The notes beneath the pieces were generated by a model. The model saw only the letters and a program-made list of their open reading frames with translations, did not search any database and had not been told where the DNA came from. 64,000 bases of DNA from Cenococcum geophilum (taxonomy: Eukaryota). How positions within the stretch are numbered: the stretch's first letter is position 1; each line of letters starts with the position of its first letter. Shown in pieces: positions 51,366-64,000 of the stretch. The position numbers were made by a program, and so were the translations under genes. The DNA lies in the NCBI GenBank assembly GCA_050273025.1, contig CP158635.1, forward strand, positions 13,888,001 through 13,952,000, given 5' to 3'.

Positions 51366-52096
51366 TAGGCCCTGCTAATCGATTGCTGTGTCTTATTATC
51401 TTGTTCCGTATCTTGCCCATCCCCTATATACTATCTCTTATAGACTATTGCCATATACGCCTTACCTCCCCCCCCCCCTAGAGCCATCGAAGGCGTAAGG
51501 GGGATTCATCCGTTCTAACCACCGTAATACTAATAAGCGAGCGGGATATATTGTGTATTTGGGTATCTTTTATGCCTAGGCCCCAGCTAGGCCCTTTCTA
51601 AGGGCACCACTCCGTCGAAAGGAGACAGGGAAAACCGTGGGTCGCAATCCAGGCTGCTAGGTAGTATTCGGTAGTTGAAAACGGCGAGTGACCGCATGCT
51701 CCGCGGGCGATTGCCCTGGGGGTTAGGAGGGGCCGTATATTTGCTCGTTCGTTCGTTCGCTCCGCGTTCGCTCGTTCGTCGATGTAAGAGGTCGTCGATG
51801 CTTTCTGTTAGGGGTTAGGGGATGCTGTTAAATGCTATACATCCATGTTGGATCGTACAGGTGCCTTGGATAGGAGAACAATGTAGTAGTCGTCGTATTG
51901 TAGAGGGCCAACAGTAGTGGTTTTCAAGATCTCACCATCCGAAAATTTTTCACCACCGCCCTTAACGCCCACAACCACCACCAGGTCCTATCCACACGCT
52001 GTGCGACGTCTCTGCGTTGGCTCTGGATCTGAACTTCGAAGACCAGGTTCGTAGCCGTCACCGCGTACAGGTGCAGAGTCCGATTTCGACGGCCTA
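51366..52096. mobile_element. 731-bp non-coding insert with short imperfect terminal inverted repeats (TAGGCC..AATCG), probably a non-autonomous DNA transposon
   Basis: Left end TAGGCCCTGCTAATCG; right end reverse complement TAGGCCGTCGAAATCG (12/16 identical). It is GC-balanced and unrelated to the Copia flanks. Confidence 0.55.
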
Positions 52097-53486
52097 TAGA
52101 TTATATATAATATAGATTTAAAAAGGCTTACTTGGGCTAGAGATATTAAAATACTGGAAAACCAGTTTTATAATTTTAATACTAGCAAAGAAGCCGACCT
52201 AGAAGTTAATGAAGAAAGTCTGTTTGATTTAAACGATAAACAGATAAATAAATAATATTAAGCTATTAAACAAAATTAATCTGTTGAATAAAATTAATAT
52301 ATTAGATAAAATTAATCTATTAGATAAAATTAAACCAGATAAAATTAATCCAGTGAATCAGAGGATGATAATATAGATGAACTAGCTCTCTTAGAAACCA
52401 ATTAAAATAAACCAAGGTCCTATAGAGAAGCTATAAAATCGTATGATTAGCCAAATTGGTAAATAGCGATGGGTGTAGAAATCGATTAACTTAAAAAATA
52501 AAAGACCTAGAATATCGTTAATCTACCACCTAATAGAAAGGCTTTAAAAACTTAATAGGTATATAAGATTAAAATAGATTAAAACAACTAAATAATTAAA
52601 TATAAAGCCAGATGGGTAGTAAAAGGCTTTAGTTAGCAATATGGCATAAATTGCGAAGAAACCTTTATAAATACTTACCGCCCAGAAGTATATAAAATGC
52701 TACTATATTTAGCAGCTTACTAAAATTGGGAAATAGTATAATGGGACTTTAAAAATGCGTTTACGCATGCTAATATAGACAAGGAGCTATATATAGAACA
52801 ACCAGAAGGTGTTACTGTAATACTAAATAAGGTATATAAATTAAATAAAGCTCTATATGGCCTAAAACAATTACTAAGAATATGGTATAACCTTAAAAAA
52901 GAAGGATTTTATTCTATCTTTGCAGATCAGGCAGTATTTAAAAATGATATACTAGGTATTATAATAATCTGCCATGTAGACGATCTACTAGTATTTAGCC
53001 TAAATATTAAATAAATTAATAAAATCCAAACAAAACTAGGCAAAGACCTAAAATTGACAAATTTAGGACCAGTTTCCTATTTCCTAGGTATAGAAATTAC
53101 TAGAGATTATAAAAATAAGGTTATAAAATTAAACTAAAAGAAATACACCCAAGATATCTTACAAAGGTTTAATAAACAAAATCTAAATCCAGTATCTACC
53201 CCTGGAATTATTGGCTTAAAAATGGAAAAGAATATAGAATAGGCCTCTCCTAAAGATATAAAATAGTATTAACAAGAAGTAGGAAGCCTAATATACTTGT
53301 CTATAAAGACTAGGCCTAATATAGCCTACAACGTAAATACCTGCGCTAGATTTATGTTAAATTTAAATAAAATATATTACCAGGCACTAAATTAAAATTG
53401 GAAATACCTAAATTATACCCCTATCTTAGGAATTACCTATTCTAGACAATCAGAACCTTATATTTTAGGTTATGCGATTTAGATTA

Positions 53487-54066
53487 TTTTTTTATTTTTA
53501 TTTTATATCCGTTGTATTATACTACGTACAATACTGCGCTTGCAGCCTCTAGGCTATGGCGCTATAGTCCTATATACATGAATCCCTTAGGGCAGCTTAA
53601 CATATACTAGTAACTATATCCTAGTAGTTTATAAGCCCCTAAACTAGGGGTTTATAGTTCCTTAGTAAAATACTAAGTTACAAGCAACTACTAGGTAATG
53701 AGAAAACGGTAGAAAACTATAAGAAATAAGAAATCCTAACGCCTTTCCCTATCCTTTTGTAATTTGATTCTGTCCTTTTGCTTACTAATATCTCTTTACT
53801 AGAAGCCTAGTAGGAGTTACCTCCTTCTATAGATCCTGCTGTTATTAGCCACTTTCTAGTAGCTATCCCTGTCCTACTTAAAAATAGGAAAAGCGCCTCT
53901 CTTCCTTTTAGTGTACAAAATAGCTTCTTTAGAGAGAGAGAAGAGCTTAGTTTCTTTTGCATTTCTCTTCTTTCTTCTCTATATAGGTTGCAGTCTAGTA
54001 GTAGGTGCCTAGGGGTTTGTAGTGCTCTACATTCCCTAAAGCATCTACCGTCTTCATTCCCCCCCC
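53487..54066 (-). mobile_element. LINE family C 5'-truncated copy (580 bp): ORF2 C-terminus plus 3' UTR
   Basis: 13-bp TSD GCGATTTAGATTA at 53474-53486 and 54067-54079. Minus frame 54058-53807 is open: NEDGRCFRECRALQTPRHLLLDCNLYREERREM...GIATRKWL (LINE C-terminal CCHC motif). Confidence 0.9.
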
Positions 54067-55161
54067 GCGATTTAGATTAGGGGGGTGATATAATAGGTTG
54101 AAAATCAACTAGCGCATACTACTTCTTATTTAGTAGAAGCCCTATAAGCTAGGCAAGTCAATTATAAAAAACAGTTACTTTATCTAGCTGTGAAGCTGAA
54201 TATATAGCCCTAAAAGAGGCTGTAAAGGAATATCTATATTTAATAAGCGTTATTAAACAGCTTAATATAGAAAACAAAGAAAAATTCTATTTGTTTACAG
54301 ACAGCCTATCAACAATTAAATTGGCGAATAATCCAGAACATTATGCTAAGACCAAGCATATTAATATACAATACCACTTTGTGCGAGAACACGTAATAAA
54401 TAATATAATATAGCTAAGCCATATAAGTACAAAAGAACAGCTAGCTAATATGCTTACCAAAGCACTAAGTGAACCTACTTTTAAGAATCTAGTTAGGCAG
54501 ATAAACTTACTACCAATGGATAAATAAAATTAATAAATAAAATCGATAAACAAAATCAGCAGATACTCTTTTCCTTCCTAATTGGACCTTTTATTCCCAC
54601 TAGGTTTTAGCCATAGGCTAAGGTTTTTATTAAGGCTGCTTAACTTACTTCTTAGGTCACTTAATACATAAAATTAATAAACAAAATTAAAAAAAAAATT
54701 TAATAAAAAAAATTAATAAACAAAATATTACAATACAATATATTGTTTATGGGGGCGTGTTAATAATAATTTCTAATAGTGCTTATGTAAGCATTACATA
54801 AGAACACCCTAGAAGAACCCTACGGCTTTACGCGGTGTATCAGATGGTATCAACTAGTGTATCAACTAGTGTATCAGATGGTATCAGCCAGTGTATCAGC
54901 TAGTATATCAGGTAACGTATCACCTAGTGTATCAGGTAACATATCACCTAGTGTATTAGGTAACGTATTACCTAGTATATCAGGTAACATATTAAAATAC
55001 AAGACGGAACGTAGACGTTCCGGAACTAGGGTCTTCCAGGTATATAGAGACTCGGTCCCCCGCAGATAGACATCATCAATTGCATCAAGTTCATCCACTT
55101 CACTTACTTCACTACATCGTTCACCCTGTCGTCCTCCGACCTCCGCTTACGCAAATTAACA

Positions 55162-57281
55162 GATTCTTAAGGGATAATATAGCCGCCCTATTTAGTATCT
55201 CTACCCTAAGACAATTCTTTAAGCTACTATCCTAATATAGAACACCGCCTTGCCCTAATTAATGAGCGGGAGGTTTAAGCGATTATAACCTCATTCTAGC
55301 TCTAAGTAACACAGTAGGAGTATAGCTTAGTCTATATCTATATAGATAACATAGTAGCACTCTTAGGATTCTAGAATATAGTGGTAAAAGGACTGGGTAA
55401 TTACCCGCTCCGTAAAATCCTCTAACTGGCCGCAGCCTATAATATTACGCTCTATATGGAGTAGGTTTCCTCTACAGAAAACGGGCTAGCTAATACTCTA
55501 TCTTATTTTAATCGCAATAGGGTATTATTATTATGCCCACATTAGGATACTTCTGATTTACCGTTACTATACGCTTCTTTATTATATTTAATCTAACGCT
55601 AAAATAGGAGACCTGGTTCCTCTTAAAGACCCCCTACCTAATTTTTAGATTAAGGTAAAAGCCCCCTTAGAATGCTTTAGCCAACTATTATAGCACGGCC
55701 TTTCCAATAGAATAAGAAATTTATACCATCCCGCAATTAAGAGTTAGGAGGGCTACTACAACCTTTACGGAGCGGTAAAGTACCTAGCGCCCCTCTACTA
55801 CCTAGGAGAATAGATTACCTAATGGATCTTCAGCAATACTAGTCTAGGAATAAGCCGTATTAAGCCTACTATAGTTAAAGCCTACGTCTTCGCAATTTAA
55901 TCCTACTATATTAACGCTAATTATAACACCTCCGTCTTTAATAATCCTATTATTAAGAGGATCCTAGACGGTGCAACATCTATAAATCCCTCTACTACGG
56001 CTAAAAGATTGCTAATTACTAAAGATATCCTCGCCTAATTAGTTACCCTAAATACCCAATCCGTTAAGGATCTTAACTTTAACGCTGCCGTTACCACGGC
56101 CTTTGCGGGATTCCTTTATCTAGGCAAGATTACCTATACTAAGGCTTAAAAAGATAGCCACGCCTTCTCTACTATAAAATATACTAGAAATAATATAACG
56201 CTGGTAGAGGACCATATAATATTACGTCTAAAGCATAGTAAAACGGACATTAATTACCAAGGAGTCTTAATCACAATTACCGCTTTAGGGTAACCTAAAT
56301 GCGCAGTTCGAGCTATAAAATACCTGTTTAAAAATAACCCCCAACCTAGAAACGCCCCTTTCTTCCGCTTTAAGAGATCGGCCTTTATAAGCTACGCGGT
56401 TAGAAATAAGCTAAAGTATAAAGTTACTACTCTCGGCCTTTACTCTAAGCTCTATAACGGACACTTATTTTAGAAAGGCGCTGCTTAATCCGCTTAAGAT
56501 AACGGTTTTATAGACGGCTAAATACAGTAACTAGGCCGGTGGTCCTTATAAGCGTTCCAGCTTTACTATTTATTATCCCTAAAAGACCTATTCTGGCTAA
56601 GTATAAACTTCTAACATGGAACGCTAATACTGTTTTTATTATTACTCGCCCTAGATATAATAGGCGAAGGTATTTAGGCATAACAGCGTACAGGAGTGCC
56701 TATTTTGGCACGCTAATATATTAACTTAAATCTCTCCTTCCCCCCCTTTTTTCTTTTTCTTTTTTCCCCCTACTCTACCTTATATGGTACGGGTGCTGCG
56801 CTTCTAGGTCCATAGGCATTACGTTTAGTTAAGGTAGGGTAATCCCTTATAAATGGCCTTGCGAATATACCTATTTTTAATTAATGCCTTTAAGCCCATA
56901 CCTACCAATTAGATTAATTCTTAATCCTCTTCTCCGCAAGCATGTAAATAATAAATGGATATGTCTATGTGGCTAAGCAAGCACTGCAGCACCCCTGCAT
57001 CTTAGTAACACTAACATCATCAACATTTACAAAATTAAGCCTTGCTTGCTTGCTTTCCCTCCCACCCGCACCTTTTCTTTGGTTACATATTTTAGGCTTT
57101 GTAAATAGATACTGCAGCAATATACTTGCGTACGGGTCCATAGGCATCACGTTTAGTTAAAGCAGGGCAATCCCCTGTAAATGGCCTTACGAATATACCC
57201 ATTCTCAATTAATGCCTTTAAGCCCATACCCACCAATCAGATTAATTCTTAATCCTCTTCTCCGCAAGCGTGTAAATAATA
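55162..57281 (+). mobile_element. Tyrosine-recombinase retrotransposon (DIRS order, Ngaro-like), 3' part: RNase H, YR, split direct repeats
   Basis: RNase H remnants INEREV.AI, IYIDNIVA and ENGLANTLS (55258-55503). YR remnants AFAGFL(R)LG(E)ITY (~56099), LKHSKTD (~56227), GH(S)F(R)KGAA (~56459) and LGRWS..AFQLY (~56531). 147-bp direct repeats at 56807-56953 and 57135-57281. Confidence 0.85.
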
Positions 57282-57925
57282 GATAACTATTAACCACGTT
57301 ATTGCCCACCTAGTTTGGATATACAATAACGCAATAGCTTGGCGATAACGTAATAGCTCAGTGCCAAGTAATGAGAGGGGAGAGGAGGGGGAGGAGATTA
57401 GGGGTGGCTCGGCTACTGCAAGAAGGTCGTAATATTAGTATAGTATTAAACTTTAAAAATTGTATCCTGGGAGCTTAATTAACGACCCCTATATAAAACG
57501 TTAATAACGTTTATTATAGAGCTTTAAACCAGTAGATCTCCTAGAAATGCCTATTATAAGCAGCTCTAAGTACAAAATCTAGAATATTTAGTAGTGGTGT
57601 GAGTATAGGACGGGGGTATATATTTGCGTTCCCAAATATCATTATATAACGTAATTTTTGGGTAATAAAAACCGCTATTAATGTTGCTTAACTAACACCT
57701 TCCAGAGGTTCCTCCGTCCTTTCTATCTCCTTTCTTACCCATCTCCTTATTTAATGCTGTTTATATCGCCATTATAACGGCGCTATCGCACATTACCTGC
57801 CAAATTCTACCATATTCTGCCGACCTGCGATTGGCCCGCCTAAAGCTAGCGCCTTGGCGGCTTACCCTATATATTTGTTTATATTGGTCCTAGCGACCCC
57901 TTTTCCTTCTCTTTAGCTTAGTATC

Positions 57926-58377
57926 TGTTAATTTGCGTAAGCGGAGGTCGGAGGACGACAGGGTGAACGATATAGTGAAGTAAGTGAAGTGGATGAACTT
58001 GATGCAATTGATGATGTCTATCTACGGGGGATCGAGTCTCTATATACCTAGAAGACCCTAGTTCCGGAACGTCTACGTTCCGTCTCGTATTCTAATACGT
58101 TACCTAATACACTAGGTGATACGTTACCTGATATACTAGGTGATACATTACCTAATATACTAGGTAATACGTTACCTAATACACTAGGTGATACGTTACC
58201 TAATACACTAGCTAATATACTGGCTGATACCATCTAATACACTAGTTAATACACTAGTTGATATACTAGCTGATATACTAGCTGATACCATCTGATACAC
58301 CGCGTAAAGCCGTAGGGTTCTTCCAGGGTGTTCTTATGTAATGCTTACATAAGCAATATTAGAGATTACCATTGACA
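57926..58377 (-). mobile_element. Copia family A solo LTR (452 bp) inside the Gypsy C LTR
   Basis: 5-bp TSD GTATC at 57921-57925 and 58378-58382. Confidence 0.95.
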
Positions 58378-59811
58378 GTATCTTCGTAATATAGTATTCG
58401 TTTAAGCTTCGGTTTAGAGGCATTTGTTTAAGCCGTGACATTATACTAAGCTCTCCCTACCTTGCCTAGGAAGGCCTTAATAATATCCTACCCTAAAGAA
58501 ACTTTGTCTGCAACGACGTATTAACGCGCTATACTTAGACACTAAACAACTCTATATTGCCTGGGAAGGCCTAGATAATATCCCACCTTATAAGCTAGAT
58601 AGGACTGGACCTGTACCCCTGGAATTAAAACTAAAGCGTATAATACTGACAAACCTTAGGAAGCTAACGATGGTACCTAAAGTAAGCTTATTTAAGAGAG
58701 CTGCCTTTACCTAAGAGGAACCTAAGATTTAATTGGGATCAGAAATCGAAGACAATAATAACGTCGTAGACGTACGCGAGTAGATTCGTGCCTTTGTAGC
58801 TAGCTAGGAAGCTAATTGTCTTAAAGCAAGAAATATACAAGAGACCCTATAAGAGATCCTAGAAAGCCTTGCGGCCTTATAAAATAGCCTGGCTTCCCCT
58901 TCTTAAAGCCCTAGCCGACCTATTTACTCTACTAAATGCGATATACTAGGGAGTACAGATATAATAACGAAGTAATTAAAGTCCGTTAAGCTCCCTGACC
59001 CCCTACTACTGTCTAATAGGATAGACCCTACCTTTAAGAATTAGAGGATTTAAGTATAAGGAAAGCTTCGCGTTAACTATAACTATTTCCTTTTTAAAGA
59101 AGCTAAAATGCTCTACCTCTTTGGTCGAACTACTAAGGACACCTAACGGTATCTTTAAGCTAAGTTTAAGGACGACTTCCCTATCTAATTTATATCCGTT
59201 AATAAGATAATACGGTACTTAGTGGCTATCTATATTAACCCGAATAAAGTACGGGATGCCCGTTATAACTATAATCGCCTAATAATAAAACTAAACTAAC
59301 CCTTTGCTAAATTCTAGACTTAATTTCTATACCTTATAGGAGAAGGCTAGGTCCCCCTTAAGAACTACCGATTAGACCTGTATAATAAGCTAGTAATCCG
59401 GCTATAAAAAAAGATTGCTATAATCTTAGATAACCTGCCAACCTACAAAAAACTCGCAGTTTGTTGCCTATTATTAGACTTAGAACTAAAGCGGATTAAC
59501 GCCCGCCCTAATTAGTAGAAGTAACTCTATAATAATTGGAACTTACTAGCTATACTTATAGGAGCTAGAGTAGGAAGATAAGTTACGACTGCTCTTTTAC
59601 TAAAGGCGGTTATAACTACGTACTAGCGAGCCTCGCCTAACTAGTTACGTACTATGCTATTAACTAGTATTCGCCGTAATACTCTAATCAACCCTACCTC
59701 GGCTACGTGCTTTAACTGCAATAAGTAGGGTTACTTTGCCTTATTCTGCCCGGAGCTAAAAGATATAGGCAATATTAAGGAGATAGAAGAAGGAGAAATA
59801 TTAGATAAGTT

Positions 59812-59851
59812 GGGAAAAGAGGAACCCTAGGGAAAGACTTCCCCCTAGGGT
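59812..59851 (+). promoter_or_regulatory. Putative -1 ribosomal frameshift signal at the Gypsy C gag-pol junction
   Basis: Slippery heptamer G GGA AAA (59812-59818) in the gag frame, a 5-nt spacer, then hairpin 59824-59851. The -1 frame leads into the protease motif. Confidence 0.75.
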
Positions 59852-62800
59852 ACCCTATTGATCTTAAAAAGATTAATCTTAGTTAGTTAATGGGTGGAAA
59901 GCATTTTATATTTTTATATATAGTATCTTAAAATGGATATGGAGTTAATATAACCGCCCTTATTAACACTAGAGTAAATGGCTTCGCCTTTATAAATACT
60001 GCCTATATAAATAATGTTACTAAGTTTCTAAATATAGAAGCTATTTAACTAGAGAAGCCTATCTAGGTAAAAGGCTATAACGGCCAAGCCGGTTAGCCCG
60101 TTACCCACGTCTTAAAGTTATATATTACTCTTAACAGACGACGCTAATACGGTATCCCCTTTTACATCCTAGACCTAGGGTCTTATAATATAATCCTTAG
60201 ACGAAAATGGATGTCCTATTTTAATATTTAGTTAAATGTATAATAAAGACGGTTTATCTAGCCGGAGGATAGACTAAGGTTGCCCTCCTTTATTAGGGAG
60301 ATCCGAACTAACCGCAAGACACTAGCCGTAAGGGCTAACCCTACCTACTAGTAGGATGTCCGGGCCCGTAACCTAGCCTTTACCTAAAAAGACGCCCGCT
60401 ATAAAGCTGGAAAGAACTCTATACTAATAAAGATACTCTTCTAAAGCGCTATATTTAAAGAGGACTCTATATACAAAAGTGGGATAGATAGTAACGTAGA
60501 CGACGTTTAAATTATACGGATTTAACCAGTATAGAAAAGAACGTATTAATAGGATATAAGGGATAACCTCTAAAAGATATAATAGGAGCTAAAAGGGGTA
60601 ATAATAACGCCAGTACCCTAGAAGTCTCTAAAGTTACATACGCCCCTATTATTAGGCAACCCCCCTACCATAGACATCGCCGTAATTAGCGCTGTAGCGT
60701 TCTACTTTAATATATACCGGAAGGACAATAAGGTCTTTATAATAAGCCTATATAAGATTAACCAAATTATTAATAATAGAGAGGAAAGGCTAGCTAAGGA
60801 AACTAATAAGGAACTAGTTAAACGCCTTCTTCTTACCATTTATATAAACTATAAGGATGTATTCTTAAAGGCGGCCTTAAATAAGTTACCCCCCTACCGG
60901 ATGTATAATTATAAGATTTAATTAGAAGCCAATAACTCGCTAGGCTATAGCCCCCTCTACTATTAATTAACGGATAAGCTAAAAGTAATAAAGTAGTACT
61001 TAATTAACAACCTGGATAAAGGGTTTATTAAGCTAAGTTAAGCCCCTTTTACTTCCCTTATCCTGTTCGTAAAAAAGCCTAATAGAGGCCTTTGTTTTTA
61101 TATCGACTATTAAAAGCTAAACGCTATTACTTAAAAGGACCGGTATCTTATTCCTTTAATTAACGAGACCCTTATACATCTAAGCTAGGTAAAGATCTTT
61201 ACTAAACTTAATATCCGCTAAGCTTTCTACCGAATTAGGATAGACCCTATATCTAAAGATTTAACAACGTTCCGTACCTATTATAGTTTCTATAAATATA
61301 AAGTTCTTTCCTTTAGACTAACAAACGGACCGGCTACGTACTAAAGGTATATAAATGACGTTCTTTTTAATTACCTTGACGAATTCTATATAGTATACCT
61401 AGATGATATTCTCATATACTTGGACGACGAACTTAAGTATTAAGTTTATGTTAAAAAGGTCCTAAAGAGACTATAGAACGTGGGCTTATAAGTTAATATT
61501 AAGAAATACGAGTTTGGGGTAAAACGTATAAAATATCTTAGGTTTATTGTAACTATAGAAGGAATTAAGGTTGACCTTAAGAAGGTAGAGGTAATCTGTA
61601 ACTGGAAGCCCCTTTATATAGTAAAAGGAATCTAGTTCTTCCTTAGCTTCTGTAACTTCTATTACCGGTTTATTTATAACTACAGAATTGCGGTAAAACC
61701 TCTTATATAACTAACTAGGAAGGATACGCCTTTTATCTTTAATAATAGCTGTATAAAAGCCTTTAAAGAGATAAAGGATTGGCTTATCTCTTCCCTAATC
61801 CTTTATTACTATAACTTGGACCTTAAATTAATGCTAGAAACGGACGCCTTTAATAGGGTCGTAGCGGGAATCCTATTATAGTTATATTTAGACGGCGAAT
61901 AGTACCCTATGGCTTTTTTCTTAAAGATAATAGACCCGGCTGAGTGTAACTATAAAGTACACGATAAAGAAATGCTAGCTATTATTTAATCACTCTCCTA
62001 ATGGCGCGTAGAGCTTAAAGGTACGAATTCCCGGATTAAGATATATATAGATTATAAAGCCCTAGAGTACTTTATAACTATAAAGCAGCTTACTAAATAA
62101 TAGGCCTAGTGGGCCAAAATACTCTCCTAATTCTTCTTTACGATTATATATTGTTCTAGTAAGTAAAACTCTAAGGCTAATGCCTTAACCCGAAGAGAAT
62201 AAAATATAGGACCCTAGGATAAGTTAAAGGCCTAATATTAGACGCGCGCCCTCTTTTATCCAGAATAGCTTGACCCGCGGATTCTTAAGGAGCTAAACTC
62301 CTAGCAAAACGAGCTAGCACTAATAGAGGAGTTCTTAGATAAGCTAATAGGGCTAATTAATCGCCTCCTAACTATAAACCGTACGGCTAACGCCCTAAGG
62401 GCCCTCCGCGAATAAGCCGTAAAAGGAGACCCTGATTTTAAGATGGAGGAAGGATTGCTCCTATACTAGGAGCGGCTTATAGTCCCTAATGTTAATAATC
62501 TACGGACTAAACTAATCCGCGAAGCTTATTGCTAAGTCTCTACGGCATACCCTAGCAAGAATAAGACCCGTAAAATTATTAACTGCCGCTACTACTGGCC
62601 GAGAATAGTTGCGGATATTGATTAATATATACGGAACTGCGAAGACTGCTAGAGAGCTATAATCCTACGGGATAAGACTCTAGGACTACTTAAGCTACTC
62701 CTAATACTAGAGCGCCCTTAGCAGTATATCTTTATAGATTTTTATAAACTACCTAGGGACCGTAATAGATACGATATAGTTATGGTTATAGTTAACCGCT

Positions 62801-63446
62801 TTAGTAAACGCCCGTTCTTAATTCCATGTTATAAGAACATTAATACTAAAGAGGCAGCCCGGCTATATATTTATTACGTCTACTAAATCTACAGACTACT
62901 AGATACTATTGTGTCTAATTATAGGCTATAGTTTATATTGGCCTTCTGGAATAAGTTTACCTAAATCTTAGGCATTAAGCTAAAGCTTTCTATAGCTTAT
63001 TACCCCTAGATAGACGGTTAGATAGAGATTATAAATTAGTACTTAAACTAGAGGCTTAGGCCCTTTGTTAACTATTTCTAGGATAACTGGTCTGAACTAC
63101 TACCCTTAATAGACTACGCGCAAGTAACTTTACCCCACGACTCCACAGGGTTTACCCCGATTTAGCTAGAAATGGGATACTTACCCTATATAAGCTTTAA
63201 CTGGAAAAGGCTAGAAGAACCCTAGACTGTATAAGAGAAGCTATCCTATGCCGAGGCCTAATAGTACGCCAAACGATTGGAGGAGGCCTGGACGGTAGCC
63301 TGTAAGAACCTGGAAAAAGCTTAGAGGTTAATGGAACAGTAGGTGAATAAACACTATTAAGAGCCCGATTTTACCCCTAGTGATATGGTCTGGGTTATAA
63401 TAAGGAATTGGAAAACCGAACGACCTAGCCGTAAGCTAGACTACTA

Positions 63447-64000
63447 GATCTTAGAAAAGGTAATAGCAGACCACATAGCAGACACGGCTAAGGAATACGC
63501 CTTACTACTACAGAGCTAAATAGGGGCAAGAAAGAACCGCTCAACACTATTAGCACTTACGCTACTCACTACCACCATTAAATCTGCATGGGCGATACGA
63601 AGGGACTTTGTAGTATCAATGCTCAGCCTAAATATCAGTAGCGCCTACAATAACATACCCTATAAGCGTCTCCTATATATCCTTAGGGCAAAAGGCTTTC
63701 TAGAATGGATTATATAATTTGTCCAAGGGTTTATAGGTTAGAAAGAAATATTATTAGTCTTTAGCGGATACTAGAGCCCCCCTATCGCAGTTGTAATAGG
63801 AATACTATAAGGATCACCCCTCTCGCCTATACTCTTCCTTTTCTTTATAAGTAACCTACTTAACTCCTTTAAGAAAGGGGCAACCCAGGGGATAGGCTTT
63901 GTTAACGACACAAACCTAATTATATACGGGCTATTAGCCGCAGAGAATTGCAGAATGCTAGAGAAAGCTTATAATACCTATATAGAATAGGCAAGATAAT
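63447..64000 (+). mobile_element. LINE family A 5'-truncated copy (RT region) inserted in the Gypsy C integrase end; runs off the right edge
   Basis: Matches 13168-13259 and 38271-38735. Confidence 0.9.

Larger units (their letters stand above)
50872..55161 (+). mobile_element. Copia family A, internally deleted: 5' LTR 50872-51299, PBS, leader to 51365, [insert], RT/RNase H 52097-54757, 3' LTR 54758-55161
   Basis: Both LTRs have TG..CA ends; ICHVDDLLVF lies near 52966-52995 and a PPT at 54751-54757. Gag, protease and most of integrase are missing at the insert. The 3' part could belong to either this copy or the 49152 copy. Confidence 0.85.
57773..63446 (+). mobile_element. Ty3/Gypsy family C: 5' LTR (~57773-58440), gag, protease, RT, RNase H, integrase; RIP-inactivated
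   Basis: LTR ends T(A/G)TAACGGC...GCCGTGACA. CFNCNK.GYFALFC near 59708, ALINTRVNGFAFI (decayed ALIDTGANG) near 59956, VYLDDILIY near 61393, LETDA near 61834, and integrase HHCC/core at 62520-63200. Order PR-RT-RH-IN. Confidence 0.92.

Noticed and set aside
51808..51821. TTAGGGG x2 as an interstitial telomere
   Set aside because: Only two 7-bp units, not a TTAGGG array.
49147..55166. GATTT / GATTC as the TSD of one full-length Copia (49152-55161)
   Set aside because: The left flank is Copia leader and the right flank is the YR element, so the host does not continue; the 4/5 match is probably chance.
55700..56600. Tyrosine recombinase as a Starship captain or Crypton carrying the peptidase-Hsp70 gene
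   Set aside because: It follows an RNase H remnant and precedes split direct repeats (retroelement layout), is short and RIP-destroyed, and lies 25 kb from the gene with no linking boundaries.
57282..57772. Unassigned degraded segments (also 25154-25383 and 30233-30456)
   Set aside because: They look RIP-affected, but I found no motif, terminus or second copy to support a call.

Overview
Eukaryotic DNA, most likely from a filamentous ascomycete with repeat-induced point mutation (RIP). Repeat copies differ almost only by C>T/G>A changes, with heavy TpA/TAG/TAA enrichment. About 90% of the window is a deeply nested cluster of dead transposons: three LINE families (Tad1-like A and B, plus 3' pieces of a family C), Ty1/Copia family A (10 LTR copies, repeatedly inserted into itself) and family B, two Ty3/Gypsy families, a Ngaro-type tyrosine-recombinase retroelement, a ~1.3 kb non-autonomous retroposon that shares the LINE-C 3' tail, and two non-autonomous terminal-inverted-repeat (TIR) elements. 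Many boundaries could be fixed from target-site duplications (TSDs). One host gene is intact: a 7-exon gene (25843-30047, +, ~1279 aa by manual splicing). It fuses an N-terminal trypsin-fold peptidase domain with an apparent His-Asp-Cys triad (TAAH / DYALI / GDCG) to an atypical Hsp70-family (HSPA12-like) actin-fold ATPase, and it is the best candidate for an unusual system. All calls come from reading the sequence by eye; no database searches were run.
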